A stretch of 64,000 nucleotides of DNA from Eledone cirrhosa (GCA_964016885.1 OZ024740.1:109492001-109556000); one strand, 5' to 3'. Counted from the first letter of the stretch, positions 38,045-51,164 are shown. Translations and numbers: made by a program. Notes: generated from the sequence alone by a model not told the origin.

Positions 38045-39480
38045 ATCCCATGACATACATCTGGTATGATCTATTTGATCCTCACCCCACACCACCCCAT
38101 AACATACATCTGGTATGATCTATTTGATCCTCACCCCACACCACCCCATAACATACATCTGGTATGATCTATTTGATCCTCACCCCACACCAACCCATGA
38201 CATACATCTGGCATCATCTATTTGATCCTCACCCCACACCACCCCATGACATACATCTCGCATCATCTATTTGATCCTCACCCCACACCCGATGACATAC
38301 ATCTGGTATCATCTATTTGATCCTCACCCCACACCACCCCATGACATACATCTGGTATCATCTATTTGATCCTCACCCCACACCACCCCGTGACATACAT
38401 CTGGTATCATCTATTTGATCCTCACCCCACACCACCCCATGACATACATCTCGCATCATCTATTTGATCCTCACCCCACACCCGATGACATACATCTGGT
38501 ATCATCTATTTGATCCTCACCCCACACCACCCCATGACATACATCTGGTATCATCTATTTGATCCTCACCCCACACCACCCCGTGACATACATCTGGTAT
38601 CATCTATTTGATCCTCACCCCACACCACCCCATGACATACATCTGGTATCATCTATTTGATCCTCACCCCACACCACCCCATGACATACATCTGGCATCA
38701 TCTATTTGATCCTCACCCCACACCCGATGACATACATCTGGTATCATCTATTTGATCCTCACCCCACACCACCCCATGACATACATCTGGTATCATCTAT
38801 TTGATCCTCACCCTACACCACCCCGTGACATACATCTGGTATCATCTATTTGATCCTCCCCCCCACACCACCCCATGACATACATCTGGTATCATCTATT
38901 TGATCCTCACCCCACACCACCCCATGACATACATCTGGTATCATCTATTTGATCCTCACCCCACACCACCCCATGACATACATCTGGTATCATCTATTTG
39001 ATATCCGTCCCACACCACCCCATGACATACATATGGTATCATCTATTTGATCCCCGTCCCACACCACCCCATGACATACATCTGGTATCATCTATTTGAT
39101 CCTCACCCCACACCCCATGACATACATCTGGTATCATCTATCTGATTCTCACCCCAACCACCCCATGGCATACATCTGGTATCATCTATTTGATATCCGT
39201 CCCACACCACCCCTTGACATACATCTGGTATCATCTATTTGATCCCCGTCCCACACCACCCCATGACATACATCTGGTATCATCTATTTGATCCTCACCC
39301 CACACCCCATGACATACATCTGGTATCATCTATCTGATTCTCACCCCAACCACCCCATGGCATACATCTAGTATCATATATTTTCCTTACCCCACACCAC
39401 CCTTGGTATACATCTGGTATTATCTATCTGATCCTCACCCCATGGCATACATCTAGTATCATATATTTTCCTTACCCCAC
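38045..39480. repeat. 49-bp minisatellite ATGACATACATCTGGTATCATCTATTTGATCCTCACCCCACACCACCCC (with ~45-bp variants)
   Basis: Seen directly; unit spacing 38341 to 38390. A diverged precursor-like unit lies at ~37960. Confidence 0.95.
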
Positions 39481-39624
39481 CCTATGGAATGCATCTAACA
39501 TCATTTGACTCACGCCTCCCCTCATCCTACCCCTCATATACATCTGTTTAAAATGTGAAGTGTATGGCTGAAGGTGGATAATAGTGTCAGGAGGTGTGTG
39601 TGCAGCAATGTATTCAGGTAAACG

Positions 39625-39898
39625 AATGAACTCTATTGATAATGAACTCTATAGTTAATGAACTCTATAGATAATGAACTCTATAGTTAATGAACTCTAT
39701 AGATAATGAACTCTATAGATAATGAACTCTATAGATAATGAACTCTATAGATAATGAACTCTATAGTTAATGAACTCTATAGATAATGAACTCTATAATG
39801 AACTCTATAGATAATGAACTCTATAGATAATGAACTCTATAGATAATGAACTCTATAGATAATGAACTCTATAGATAATGAACTCTATCGATAATGAA
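39625..39898. repeat. 16-bp tandem repeat AATGAACTCTATAGAT
   Basis: Seen directly; about 17 units. Confidence 0.95.
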
Positions 39899-40024
39899 CA
39901 CAACCACAAGGATGTGGTCCGAACGTGGAAGAGCTGAACTCCCACTGTCATCACCTCCATCTCTCTCGCCCTCCCCATCTCCCTGTAGGGTGAACAAATG
40001 GGGTCCCATGTACTGGCCTCCCCA

Positions 40025-40225
40025 CAGTCCCGGCAGACAGAATGGAGAAGGTGTTCCTCTGGAGGATGGTAAGGGGAATGCGCAGGAAGAGCCATTCCAA
40101 CTGAAGAGGCTCACACCTGCGGCTGGCCAGCTCAGCGCCTATGGTGGTGAGTAGGGAGGTAGCCCTAGGGCCAAGGACACCAGAAGTCTCCACTGCCAAG
40201 GGCATGACCGCAAACCTGTCGGAGA
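40025..40225 (-). mobile_element. CRE-clade restriction-like endonuclease (REL) C-terminal fragment
   Basis: ORF 39951-40283: FAVMPLAVETSGVLGPRATSLLTTIGAELASRRCEP....LFLRIPLTILQRNTFSIL, matching the CRE-type P.AVET.G..G..A...QRI...IQRGN...L end. Confidence 0.75.
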
Positions 40226-40445
40226 TTGATTTGGATGTTGGCTTCATGGACCAGTTGGCATGTTGTGTTCTTGAGCAAGACACTTCATTTCACATTGCTT
40301 TTCATGATACAACTAGAACCCCTATCATTAAATCGCCCAAGAAAACTAGCATGAGATATGATCATATAGAAGACTAGCTAAACCTGTTTAGGTGCCAGCT
40401 GTAAATATCATTATTTTTTTCATTTCATCTGTTTAGAACACTTAA

Positions 40446-40662
40446 CCCTTTAGCAATTACATTACTTTATATTTTCTATTATATTTTCATGGTAAAGGTT
40501 TTACCTCACATAATTATCTCCCATAATATCGAATCTGAAATTTTGATGTTATATATTTTGAAAACAATACCTTAATGTAGGTATCAGTGGCCGGTTACGG
40601 CCGGTTTGAACAGAAAGAGGTGAGAATTCTGGCCAGATACAGCTGGTTTAAATGCTAAATGG
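40446..40662. mobile_element. piggyBac-like MITE with TTAA target-site duplications
   Basis: TTAA|CCCTTTAGCA...TGCTAAATGG|TTAA (TTAA at 40442-40445 and 40663-40666). Confidence 0.65.
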
Positions 40663-40823
40663 TTAAGCTCAATCTGTTGCCTTTCTTGTGTGTGTGTCTG
40701 GGTAAGGTGTATCTGTGTCTGGTGGTGAATTCTGATTTTTGAGGGCAGGGGAGTGGGACAGATGGAGAAGAAGAATTGAATTAAATCAAACTTACACATA
40801 TGTATGTATATGTGTTTGTGTAA

Positions 40824-40876
<53 letters not shown>

Positions 40877-41120
40877 AATATATATGCTAGATATGTGTGT
40901 TTTTCCTTTTTTAAATGTATGTCATTAGAGGTAAAGTTGGGTGCTATTTCTACAACATTGGACAAATATGAATTGGTTCCCTCATTTGCTCCTACAATCT
41001 GGAGGTCGAAGGCACAGTTGATCAAATAAACCTCAATATTTCACTGGCGAAATTTAAACTTAGAACACCAATACGTCTAACTAAATACTACTACAAGGCA
41101 TTTTATCTGTTGCTCTACTT

Positions 41121-41343
41121 AAATAATGGTTTCAGATTTAGGCATAAGGTCAGCAATTTGGGGGGAGGGGAAAGTTGATCAAATTGACCCTGGTTCATTA
41201 CTGATACTTTATTTTATCGACCTCTTAAGGATGAAAGGCAAAGTTAACCCCAGCAAGATTTGAACTCAGGACGTAAAGGGCCATAACTCTATGTTGCAAA
41301 GCATAGTGTCTGACGCTCTACTGATACTACCAATCCACCACTC
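41121..41343 (-). mobile_element. Full-length tRNA-derived SINE (OK-like, Meta/MESC-like central domain); partial copies at 41350-41465, 41690-41920 and 41020-41120
   Basis: Minus strand: tRNA-like head with GAGTTCAAATC B box, GCCTTTCATCCTTAAGAGGTCGATAAAA central domain, and a CCCCTCCCCCAAATTGCTG...GAAACCATTATT tail. Confidence 0.8.
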
Positions 41344-42514
41344 TACTTAAATAATTGTTTCTATTTTTGGCACAAGGTCAGCAATTATCCCAGTGCATTA
41401 CTGGTATTTTATTTTATCGCACCCATAATGATGAAAGGCAAAGTTAACCTAGGCGGGATTTGAAATAATGGAATGACATTGTATTAAAAAAAAAATATTA
41501 CTGTTTAGTCAGTTTGGGAAGAGCAATGCCTATGACATTTATTTCAAGGCCTCTATGATTGATAAGGAAAGAGGGAGGAAGGTATCATCAAACTAGAGAA
41601 ATAGCTTGAATACTTGCAACAGTGTGGCCTCAGTTAAAGGTGGACAAGGTGGTGGTGTTTAATTGGGTGATGGATTAAGTCTACCACTCAAGTAGGCCTC
41701 GTCAGGATTTGAACTCGGAATACAAAGAGCCTAAACAATAACTGCAAGGCTTATTCCTATTAGCCATTCTACTACTCTAGACTGGTACTTTACCTCATCA
41801 TTTCATAAAAGGGTGGCAGGTAAAGTTGACCTTGGTGGGATTTGAACTTAGAGTCAGACAGTGAAAACAAATGCTGCAAGTCATTTTGTCCTGTTTTCCA
41901 TCAACGTTGCCAATTCACCTCTCATAGCATAATGATGAAGATGATGGTGATAGTAATGTAGCAGAGGAGGAAGATGATTATTATGTGTGATGCTGTTGAT
42001 GGAGAAAGATACGGGAAAGGCGCTGTTATTAGAAATGGATGTAAGGATAGTGGTATTGATAAAGATGAAGAGAAGACTAATATAAAGTTACTACCAACCT
42101 AGCTAGAAATTCTTCACTCAAGTATGACAACTTAAGCAGTAAAAGATTTTGTACAAAATCTTGTTTCTCCAAACCTCCATTTCCTTCCATAATTCCATAA
42201 TTATTTATAAAATCTTTTCACCACCATTTCATTAATGAACTTTAATGCATCTCGATTCCTTTAAGATGTCCAAAGTGGAACTGAAAACAGCAAAAGGAGC
42301 GACGACAACAACAACAGCAGCAATAACAACAAATAAATGAATATACAAGGCCGAAGAAAGGAAGCAATTCACTGGATGCTGTAACTAAATCTGACATTTT
42401 ATTGATTCTTTGGCAGAATATTCCAAGATATTTAATTATTTCCAACATGTTATTTCCTTTTAAATATTCTCATCTTCTTGTCATTGATGTTTTACTTAAT
42501 AATCTTGATGTATT

Positions 42515-42750
42515 TATTTATATCTTAAACTCTTGATATTGCTGTTCAATGTCTGATGTGATATATGTATTTATATAACCTTTGATATCACTGTTCTATG
42601 TCTTATGTGATATGTGTGTTTGTACCATCTCTAATATTACTGTTGAATGCCTGATGCATATATTTATATCTTCACCTTTTGATATCACTGTGCATTGTCT
42701 TGTGCGATATGTGTATTTATATAATTTTTAATATTGCTGTTGAATGTTAT
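42515..42750. repeat. Degenerate ~45-50-bp tandem repeat (about five copies)
   Basis: Recurrent ttgatat(c/t)(a/g)ctgtt..atgtct..tg.gatat.tgtatttata. Confidence 0.75.
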
Positions 42751-43379
42751 GTGTAAATGGTTTAGAATAGGTACACCATATCTGTGTGTTGTAAGAGGCA
42801 ACTAAAAGGGTTAGCACCAGGAAGGGCATCAAAAAGGCCCCAAAGATGTGTATAAAGTTCATCACAAGTCCAGCAAGACTAACCCTTGCTTTAGCAAGGA
42901 AATGCCTTTAAAATTCTCATTGTTGTTAATATTGCTGTATAATGGCTGGTGAGATCATCATGGCCTTTTTATGTCCATCCTTTCATTCTGACATCGGTTA
43001 CATGTTTGAATCCCACCAAGATAAACTTTGCTTTTTTTATCCCTAAAGTAATCAAAATTAAATTCTACCTCAAAATTACAATCATATCAATAGCCAGGAC
43101 AGCTAATCACCTACCTATAGGACCATCACAAATTATTATGAAAAACTGTAATGGATGGAAGGTGATTGTGGCTGTCTGCTACTGAAGTTGAACAATAATG
43201 ATGATTTATGACTGGATGCCTCTCCTGTCACCAACACTATTAGTCACCTCTTATGACATGCAAGAACAAAATGTACCTATCCTAAAGCTGGGATATGCAT
43301 ATTTATATCAAATGACTGATGTGTTATATATATGTAAACATAAGGAATTGAAAATGCAACTGGAGTCTTTTAAGAATAT

Positions 43380-45755
43380 TTACTTATTTACGTTACTGGT
43401 TTCACTGTTCTTATGCTTTTCAAAAGTAAAATTGAGATGGAGGGTTTGTGTTTCTGTTGTGGTTTGTCTCGCATCTGGTTCGTGTTTGAAAGTTCCTGTT
43501 TTATGCGGAAAGATTGGCTCAAATTGCTGGTTTAAAAAAAAAAAAAAGTAATTTGGTTGGTTGATGACTGTCACGTGAATAAGTATATCAAATTTCGTGC
43601 AGTAAAACGATGCTCGTGGTATGGTAGAAAAGAGAAATATATATATATGGTAGAAAAGAGAAATATATATATTTTTTATTTGTGTGCGGGTGTGTGTGTG
43701 TATGTTAGCATGTCTTGTGGTAGGGTCTTGTAATTGATGGTGATGAATTATAATTCTGTTTCTGAGGGTGAGTTTACTTTGCCCTATATAATCTTCATTA
43801 CATCCTTTACATTTATTGGCATAAATTAAATTTGTTGATGAGCAAGTGAAATGACTTTTTACAACAAAATTTTGTCAAAATGTATACATTGTGCCTTCAA
43901 TGAGGTGAGTGCAAGTTGCGCAATTAGAGCAACCACATTTTTTGACAGTTGGTTTTGGGTTTGTGGTGGGTAATTTGGCATTGGTGAGTAATGTTTTTAG
44001 TGATTTAGGTCGTGTTTTGATTATTTTGTGTGCTTCAAGTGTTTTTTTCATTATTGGCTCTTGTTTCAATAGCGGGATGTTCTTGCGGATAAATAAGGGT
44101 GTATGCTTCTGTATTTCTTTGGTTCAGTGTTGAGATATATGATAGAATATTGGGTGTACCTTAAGTTTGTTTTGGTTTTCGTAATTCTTCAATGTCTATT
44201 GCTTTACCCCTTTCTATTCCATTATCTATTAATAATGGTGCATACTGTCTTTCAAGCAGAATTTCCTTTAATTCTTGGAGTCTTTTATTCTGTTTTTCAT
44301 AATTGGAGACAATTGTGCAAATTCTTCTTGCTAGATTAAAAGGGACGTTCGTCTTTGTGTGCTTTGGATGGCTGAAGGTGAATAGCAGGTATTATTTGGA
44401 ATCTGTCAGTTTCAATATTTATGTCTTTTTTTATGATTAAGATGTCCAGAAATGAGAACTGGTCTTAACTGCATTCCATTGTGAATTGGATATGGTTATT
44501 GATAATTAAAATTTTGAATTCATTTAGTTGGTTGAGTGCGTGAGACCATAGAATAAAGCAGTCATCCAAGTAGCATTTCCAATTCTCTAACAAATATTTG
44601 TGGAAGTTCTAGCTGTATTTTATTTTGGAATGTTCATATATCTGGACTTCCAAGTATGCCATAACTAAGCGTAAGTTGGAGCGACTTTTGTACCCATTGC
44701 AGTCCCCGATATATGTTTGTAAATGTTGCATCAACATAAAAAAAGTTGTTTTGTAAAATGAATTTTAATCCCTCGATGATGAATCTTTTTTCTATTCTTT
44801 CCGGGATCTCATTTGAGTATTTTTCTAGCCAGAATCCTATTGCTTCTATTGGTCCGTATTGGTGTGAGATCGTTGTGTAGAGGTTCACTACATCGAAAGA
44901 CGCAATAATAGTGTTGTTGTTGACATGTTTGGGGAGGTAGTTTAAGAAGTACAGGTCGTCTCTTACAAGGCTTGGTATGTGTTTGAAAATTGGTTTTAGT
45001 AGTATATCTATAAAGTTGCTAAATCTATGTTTAACATTGTGGGCTCACTACAATTGGTCTTAATTTAAGGTCAGTGGGGTGTTGTATGTTTATGCAGGTT
45101 TGGGTAGATTCTTTACAGGCATCGTTAATTGTTTTACACTTGTGGATATTCGGAAGTCTGTAAAGGTTTCTGGTTTTGCATTCAAAATGTGTTAAATAAT
45201 TGCATTCCTTTTTAGTTAAGTCTTTCTGGTATTGACAAATGAATACGTTTAATCTGGTCATCGTTTTTGATTGCTGGTAGCTGTTTACTCTTTCATAGTA
45301 GTTAGTATCTTGTAAGAGAGAGGATATAGAGTTTTTATAATGTTCAGCATCCATAATGACGACAACCCTTTCCTTATCTGCTTCCTTAATTATAATGTCA
45401 GTATTGTTTTTTAATTCATTAATAATCTCCCATTCTCTTCGACTCGTGTTGGGTTTAGGTTGTGGTTGTTCATGGTATGGGAAAGTTGATATGTGATCGC
45501 AAATTTAGTCCCAAACTCTGTTTCTGCCTTCAGTTGGGTTGTAATTGCTTTTATTCCGTACAGTTGATTCATCGCTATTCTCCTTGTCAAAAGATTCCTC
45601 TGTTAGACGTAATTTTCTACAGAAGTGTGAAATATCGTCGTTTATCTCATTGAGGTTAGAGTATTGTGGTGTTGGTGTGAATCTTAGTCCTTTTGAGAGA
45701 ATTTTAATTTGTTGGGTTGAGAAGTTTGTATTTGAAAGATTGATTATTTTCAACT
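43380..45755 (-). mobile_element. Penelope-like element (Neptune-type), degenerate RT + Cys linker + truncated endonuclease, 3' pLTR-like region
   Basis: ILSKGLRFTPTP, LYRLPNIHK...LKLRPIV, FDVVNLYTTI, YLDDCF, KKCGCSNCATC. 43380-43580 is homologous to 57278-57440. Confidence 0.88.
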
Positions 45756-45824
45756 GTCTCTAATACAATTTATTTCATATACATAAATATTGTTCCACAT
45801 ATGCATATAAATATGCATACATAT

Positions 45825-45837
45825 AAACACACGCACG

Positions 45838-45917
<80 letters not shown>

Positions 45918-45936
45918 CACATACATATATATATAT
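45825..45936. repeat. (CA)n/(TA)n microsatellite
   Basis: Seen directly. Confidence 0.95.
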
Positions 45937-45949
45937 AAGTAGTTCCACA

Positions 45950-47503
45950 ACAGTTAGTTCACCATTACCAAGAACAATTGTTTCACCTTATTCGGATCAT
46001 CAGCTCGGTTTAAATGAGGTTGTATGGAAAACAAAAAAACAACTACACGAATATGCATGCGCAGAAACAGTCACTTCCCAAGGCATTCACTTCCCAAGGG
46101 CAGGTAAATCCATGATAGATTGACGTCAGGGAGGCAACTGTGGCTGCTCAGAATAATTATAAATTTTGTTAAGTCCAGAATATTATAGATTGTTCATGTT
46201 AGTCAATTTGGAGCTTTGTAATTATGTAATAGGTGTTTCCAGACGTGTGGACAACGCGAAAAAAGCTCATCCCCTGATTTAGACAAGCGGGATATTGATT
46301 CTTTCTTCAATACACAGCCCACAAGACGGATTCCCATTTCTATATGGCTTAGACTTAGTAATAACTTTCCATTGCATAGAGTATTCCACACCTGTGTCCT
46401 TGAGGGACTATACGTGGCTCGCGAGCTTCGTGGACGATTATTTGTCTGGGTATCTGAAGGTCAACAGATAATTCAGGAAGCATTCCTTAAACCAGCCCTC
46501 GCCTTACCTACATAGGATTTAACCTCTTGTTGATTTGGTCGGTTAGAAGTGACCACATCTTCGTAAATTACAGTGGATGTGTTACATTGTTGTTGAAGGG
46601 GACAATCTTCAGGCCTTCAATAAGAGCAGCCTTGTGGGGTGCTGCTCTTAGGGCTGTTAGTGATGTGGGCCTTCATATTCTTAGCACAGGAGTATCCTAG
46701 TTTCACCCTGTGTCTGTTAAAGATGAAGCAGTATTTGTTACCTATGTGGAAGTGTCTATCTAAGAGAGCTGAAAATCCTTTATCTACAGTAGTTTTAACG
46801 TTGAGTGAGAGAGGGGGGGACCAAATTATTTTTTATTAACACAATTTCTTTTCCTATTGTTGTTGGCGTTAGTAGGGGAGTAAGTAATTGGTTGCAAGAA
46901 GCCGCTATTAGCTAACGCCACGTTGTAGTAGGGTGCCACTCTGTCAAAGATTGCTTTATTAGAGGAGAGGTTAGAGATTCTTGTGCCGATATTTTTCACG
47001 AAGTTTCTAAAAACTTTAGGTAGGTGGCACGAGTCCTTGTGTATGTAATTTAGTTTTTCATTTAGTTTATGGAAAGGTCTAAATGTGGTGCATGTGAAGA
47101 TCTAAATTCATGTTTCAGTAACCTATTCTAGTAAGGTTAGTAGCTACTGTTATTCTAAGTCCTAACTCATTAAAAGCACTATCGAATGATCCTATTGATA
47201 TGTCGAATAGCTCTGAAGTAAGTTGATTTCTTTGTCCAGGCTACTCTGTTGTTGAAGAGGAGGATTTTCCAGCAATGTGCAATGATCTCCCTGTCTAAAT
47301 GACGGTGGTGGCAAAGTCCAATGCTTTGTTCAACAGGGTCACCGAGGTTGCTGGGTAAAAATCACAATGTCGAATTGTGTGAACTTCGCTTTTTGAAGGC
47401 TGAAAGAGTTAAACCACTTAATAACGGAGTCACTGTTCTCCCACTGGGACAATAGTCTTAACTATATTCCTAAGTATATCCTTACTGACTAGCCTCAACT
47501 CCG
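45950..47503 (-). mobile_element. Penelope-like element, second lineage (RT fragment + GIY-YIG), internally deleted
   Basis: Minus strand LSQWENSDSVIKWFN, QFDIVIFYP..LLNKALDFA, FDISIGSFDS, KIIW..PLSLNVKT, GYSC, CPLQQQC..STVIY, SYVG. Confidence 0.8.
45967..46009 (-). ncRNA. Minimal type-I hammerhead ribozyme
   Basis: Minus strand ACCGAG-CTGATGA-TCCGAATAAGGT-GAAA-CAATTG-TT-CTTGGT. 6-bp stem I (one G-U), intact core, palindromic stem III ACAATTGT, GUU cleavage triplet. Lies 3' of a PLE endonuclease. Confidence 0.8.
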
Positions 47504-47599
47504 TACATTAACAACTATGTTTACAAACATATGGGTTTACACAAAGATTTACAAATACCTGATGACGTTGGACATATAGACAAATAGGCTTAAAATAAG

Positions 47600-49502
47600 G
47601 TTTACAAATAGATAGGTTTACGAATACTTGTAACAATTGATTGGTGGTTGAGGATTATCAGTTTTGCAGAGCCTCTTGGTAAACATTATTAGTGTTGCCC
47701 TGCGGAGCATAAATGAACAAATTATTTGGATTACTGACTCTTGAAAAGACAGGTTCAGCAAGGTTTAGGCCAACCACCTCCAAAGACTGACCCTGTGCCT
47801 TGTTTATGATCATTGCAAAGCTCAGTTTCACTGGAAATTGTAGGCGCTTGAACTTAAATGGCACATCAGATGGAACCAGAGGAATACGCGGTATGAAGAC
47901 AAGTTGACTACTTGCTTTGCCAGTCAAAATGGTCACCTCTAGAACTCTTGATCGTAAGTTATGTCCCATTGCAGAGTTTGGGTGGGTCCAGGTTCCTTAA
48001 AAGCATAATTGGTGCACCAATTTTGAGATGCAAGACGTGAGGTGGGACGCCTGCTGGTGTCAGGCTGTTCAAAAATTTGATGGAGTAGTGCACAGCTTCG
48101 TCCGGGTTAAGTACAGAGTCAATGACTTGTAGCTGCGATGCTCACCTGGCAGCTGCTCTAGCAGTCTGATGTTCAAGTCATCCACTGCAGCATTTTTGGG
48201 GGCTAAGATGGCACGTTTTCTCAATCAGGTGAGGTTTACAAATTGAATCCCTAGGTTTGGATACACTTTAGACAAGTTCATGCATATCGGAAACCATGTT
48301 TCCAAAAGGTAAATTGACCTGGCCATTTTGTCCAACAGCCAGACTGCCGAATTCTACGTCCATCAGCTGCCTGAGGAAAGTTCCAGCTTCCTCATCACCA
48401 CTGAGCTGCACTCTCATGTTCGTTTGGAGTCTTAACTTAGTCATACTGCTCCACAGGTAGGAAGAATTTATGCTGGCATTTACCTCATCATCTCTTGTTC
48501 CCTTTGGAACCACCAGAAGTATTTGTCTGAAGTATCCAGCAAGCAGGACTCTTCCACCTCCTATGAGCCGCGTGTTGTGCCTCAGAACCTGTAATACTCT
48601 GTTAAGAGCCTCAAAGCCCCCTTATGGCTTATAGTCGCCTCATCCCAGATGATCAGCTTGTACACATTGAGGAGTTTGCCCCTTATAGAGCCACGACTGA
48701 TGTTGCAAGTTGCCTTCTCTTTCTTGGACAGGTCCAAAGGGAGTTTGAAAGACAAATGGGCTGTGCGGCCACCACTTAGCAGCGTAGCAGCTATTCTACT
48801 TGAGGCCATTGCCAGAGCAACCTATTTATTATGCCGTATTTTCGCCAGCAAAAGGTTGATGATGAATGTTTTACCAGTCCCACCTGGGGCGTCCAGGAAA
48901 AATATGCCTCCCCTTTCACCCTCAATGCTGCAAATGATTGAGTTGTAAACATACCTTTGATCCTCTGTCAGTTGGTGCTCGTTATCAACTCAGTATGCTG
49001 CCATTTCTTCGGCATCATAGTTGATCTCGTGCATGTACTCAATGGCTAAAGTATTGCTTGCCTGTTCTGGTTGAGGCAGACGAGAAGTGGCGATTCCTTG
49101 ACAGGACCTCTGACAGTGTGCAATAGCAGAAGCAGAAAGAAGCACTCCTGCTGATTGGGGTGCACAGTGTACACCCGCCCGATGGCCTCACTTTTGAAGA
49201 CCGTTTCCCTGCCCTGTTTGCGCATGTTTCATTTTTTGTGACCAGTTGTAATACACAGGAACCTCAATATACAGAAGTGTTCTTGCAAACAGGTCAGCCT
49301 GGCATAACTTGAAGAAAGCCGTCAGAGTGGTTTCTGGTGGCTGCTCAATAACGTTGCAGGTTGTTTCTTCTGTAAAGTACACATGCTGCCCATTTTCCAG
49401 ATGAACAGACAGATTCACCACTATTGGATGCTGCTCATGGATTTTGAAGCTAGAGATGCACCACAAAGCTTCATTGAATAAAATATATCTGCCCAACTGA
49501 GT
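47600..49502 (-). mobile_element. Helitron Rep-helicase (PIF1-like) fragment, pseudogenised
   Basis: GRYI..NEALW...FKIHEQHP.V..L.VHLENGQ.VYF; FLDAPGGTGKTF; ASSRIAATLLSGGRTAH; IIWDEA; FKRLQFPVKLSFAMIINKAQGQSL. Confidence 0.92.
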
Positions 49503-50964
49503 TCTGCACATTTTTGGGGGGATCGTCAATAATCTGGCTTGTGGGGAATGCGAAGAGGACCAACTGGAGAGTGAGGTCTCTGCTTTGAATGTACATATTT
49601 CCAGAACACCTCACTGTCAGGGTTGGTTGCTATGCGCTGTTCAAATTCAAGCACTGCCCTTTTTGTCACCTGCTTGAGATGGTTGGATGATTTATTTCAC
49701 TTTTTTCTATTGATATCTGATTTATGCAGTTTGTACTCATGTTCAGCATTACAACGTTCTTTTCTGGCAAGTCGGACTGCTGCATTTCCCAAATTGCACT
49801 TTTGGGATGTTTTTTCTGCTTACATGGCACTGATGACGCACATGCTGCCCATATTGAGTTCAGGATGTTCTGGAGTACAGTGTTCACATCCCCAGAGTTG
49901 TAAAATTCAAGCCAGTTTGGACGTTGTAGCTCGGTGCAGTAAGAGATCCAGTCAGAGCAGTTTGGAGATGGTTGTGGTTTTTGTTACTGCCCATAAGAGA
50001 CAGATTGGCAATGATCATAACATGATTTGTGGCCAATGAAAGGTTCCTCAATCAATCTTAGGGCGATTGAAGTTGTCTGCAATAAAAACATAAGTGGCTG
50101 TTTTCCTAGCTGCAGCTCTCAGGATATCACAAAGCTGTGTGTTTTGATGGTAATTTGTGTGGACGGTAAACAACTCCAAGTAGAAGTGTTGACATGGTCA
50201 TATGTATATCGTATATCGCAGAAAAATACTGCTTGTTGTGATTGGTTCAAATCAACGCCAGGAATTGCTGAAAAGTTTGAACGAATGTAGACTATCACAC
50301 CACCACCATGACGATTAATGTGGTCTTTGTGAAACAAGTTGTAGCCATCTACGCTGAAAACCCCATCACAGAGTAAGGAATGCACCCATGTTTCCATGGC
50401 TGTAATAAAATGGGGGTTATTACTTTTGACGTAAGAATCAAAAAGATGTATCTTGTTGCATAAACTACAAGCATTTAAGGACATCAATTTGTACCTTGAT
50501 TTCAGTTTATGATGACATGCAGAGAATGGCAGATTGTTCTGATTTAGTTTCCCATTTTTTTTTTCATTGCCATCTATTGTGGGTACAGTGTATTCAGACC
50601 AGCTGGTATCTGCAGCCTTAATAAACTTCTATATCTGCCCACCATCACATAGGCTGAAGCTTTCATGTTGTGCTGAGTTGTGATTTAAGGAAGATGCAAT
50701 GCGTAGCGTTGGACGTACATCAGGTGGTAATCCAATTTTCACACCTAGCTTTATCAGAGGCTAAACTCAGTAGAGTTGGAAAAAGACAGCCTAATTAGTC
50801 TGGGTTTTGGACCTGATCGACCAAGGTGGAGAGCACCCTTCGGGGGAGCACAGCCTAGGTCTTTGGATGAGCTGGTAGCAAATGCTTGAAGATCAGGTAT
50901 GTCCTCTGATACACCAATGGCAATTACTTTGTTGGTGATAGATTCAGTGGCTTTCTCAATGTGT
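49503..50964 (-). mobile_element. CR1/Jockey-group LINE fragment (ORF1 end, APE, linker)
   Basis: NKVIAIGVSED...KPRLIRLSF (ORF1-like); LNACSLCNK...AMETW...GYNLFHKD...HGGGVIVYIR (APE); NPDSEVFWKYVHSK...VGPL (linker). Confidence 0.75.
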
Positions 50965-51164
50965 NNNNNNNNNNNNNNNNNNNNNNNNNNNNNNNNNNNN
51001 NNNNNNNNNNNNNNNNNNNNNNNNNNNNNNNNNNNNNNNNNNNNNNNNNNNNNNNNNNNNNNNNNNNNNNNNNNNNNNNNNNNNNNNNNNNNNNNNNNNN
51101 NNNNNNNNNNNNNNNNNNNNNNNNNNNNNNNNNNNNNNNNNNNNNNNNNNNNNNNNNNNNNNNN
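50965..51164. other. Assembly gap (200 N)
   Basis: Run of N; contiguity across it is not guaranteed. Confidence 1.

Noticed and set aside
47558-47590. CTGATGA hammerhead candidate (weak ones also at 43580-43620 and 51515-51545)
   Set aside because: No properly placed GAAA and no consistent stems.
49188-49529. Single ORF as a novel fusion protein
   Set aside because: Chance in-frame junction of a CR1 linker and a Helitron Rep-helicase fragment at ~49502; both parts are decayed.
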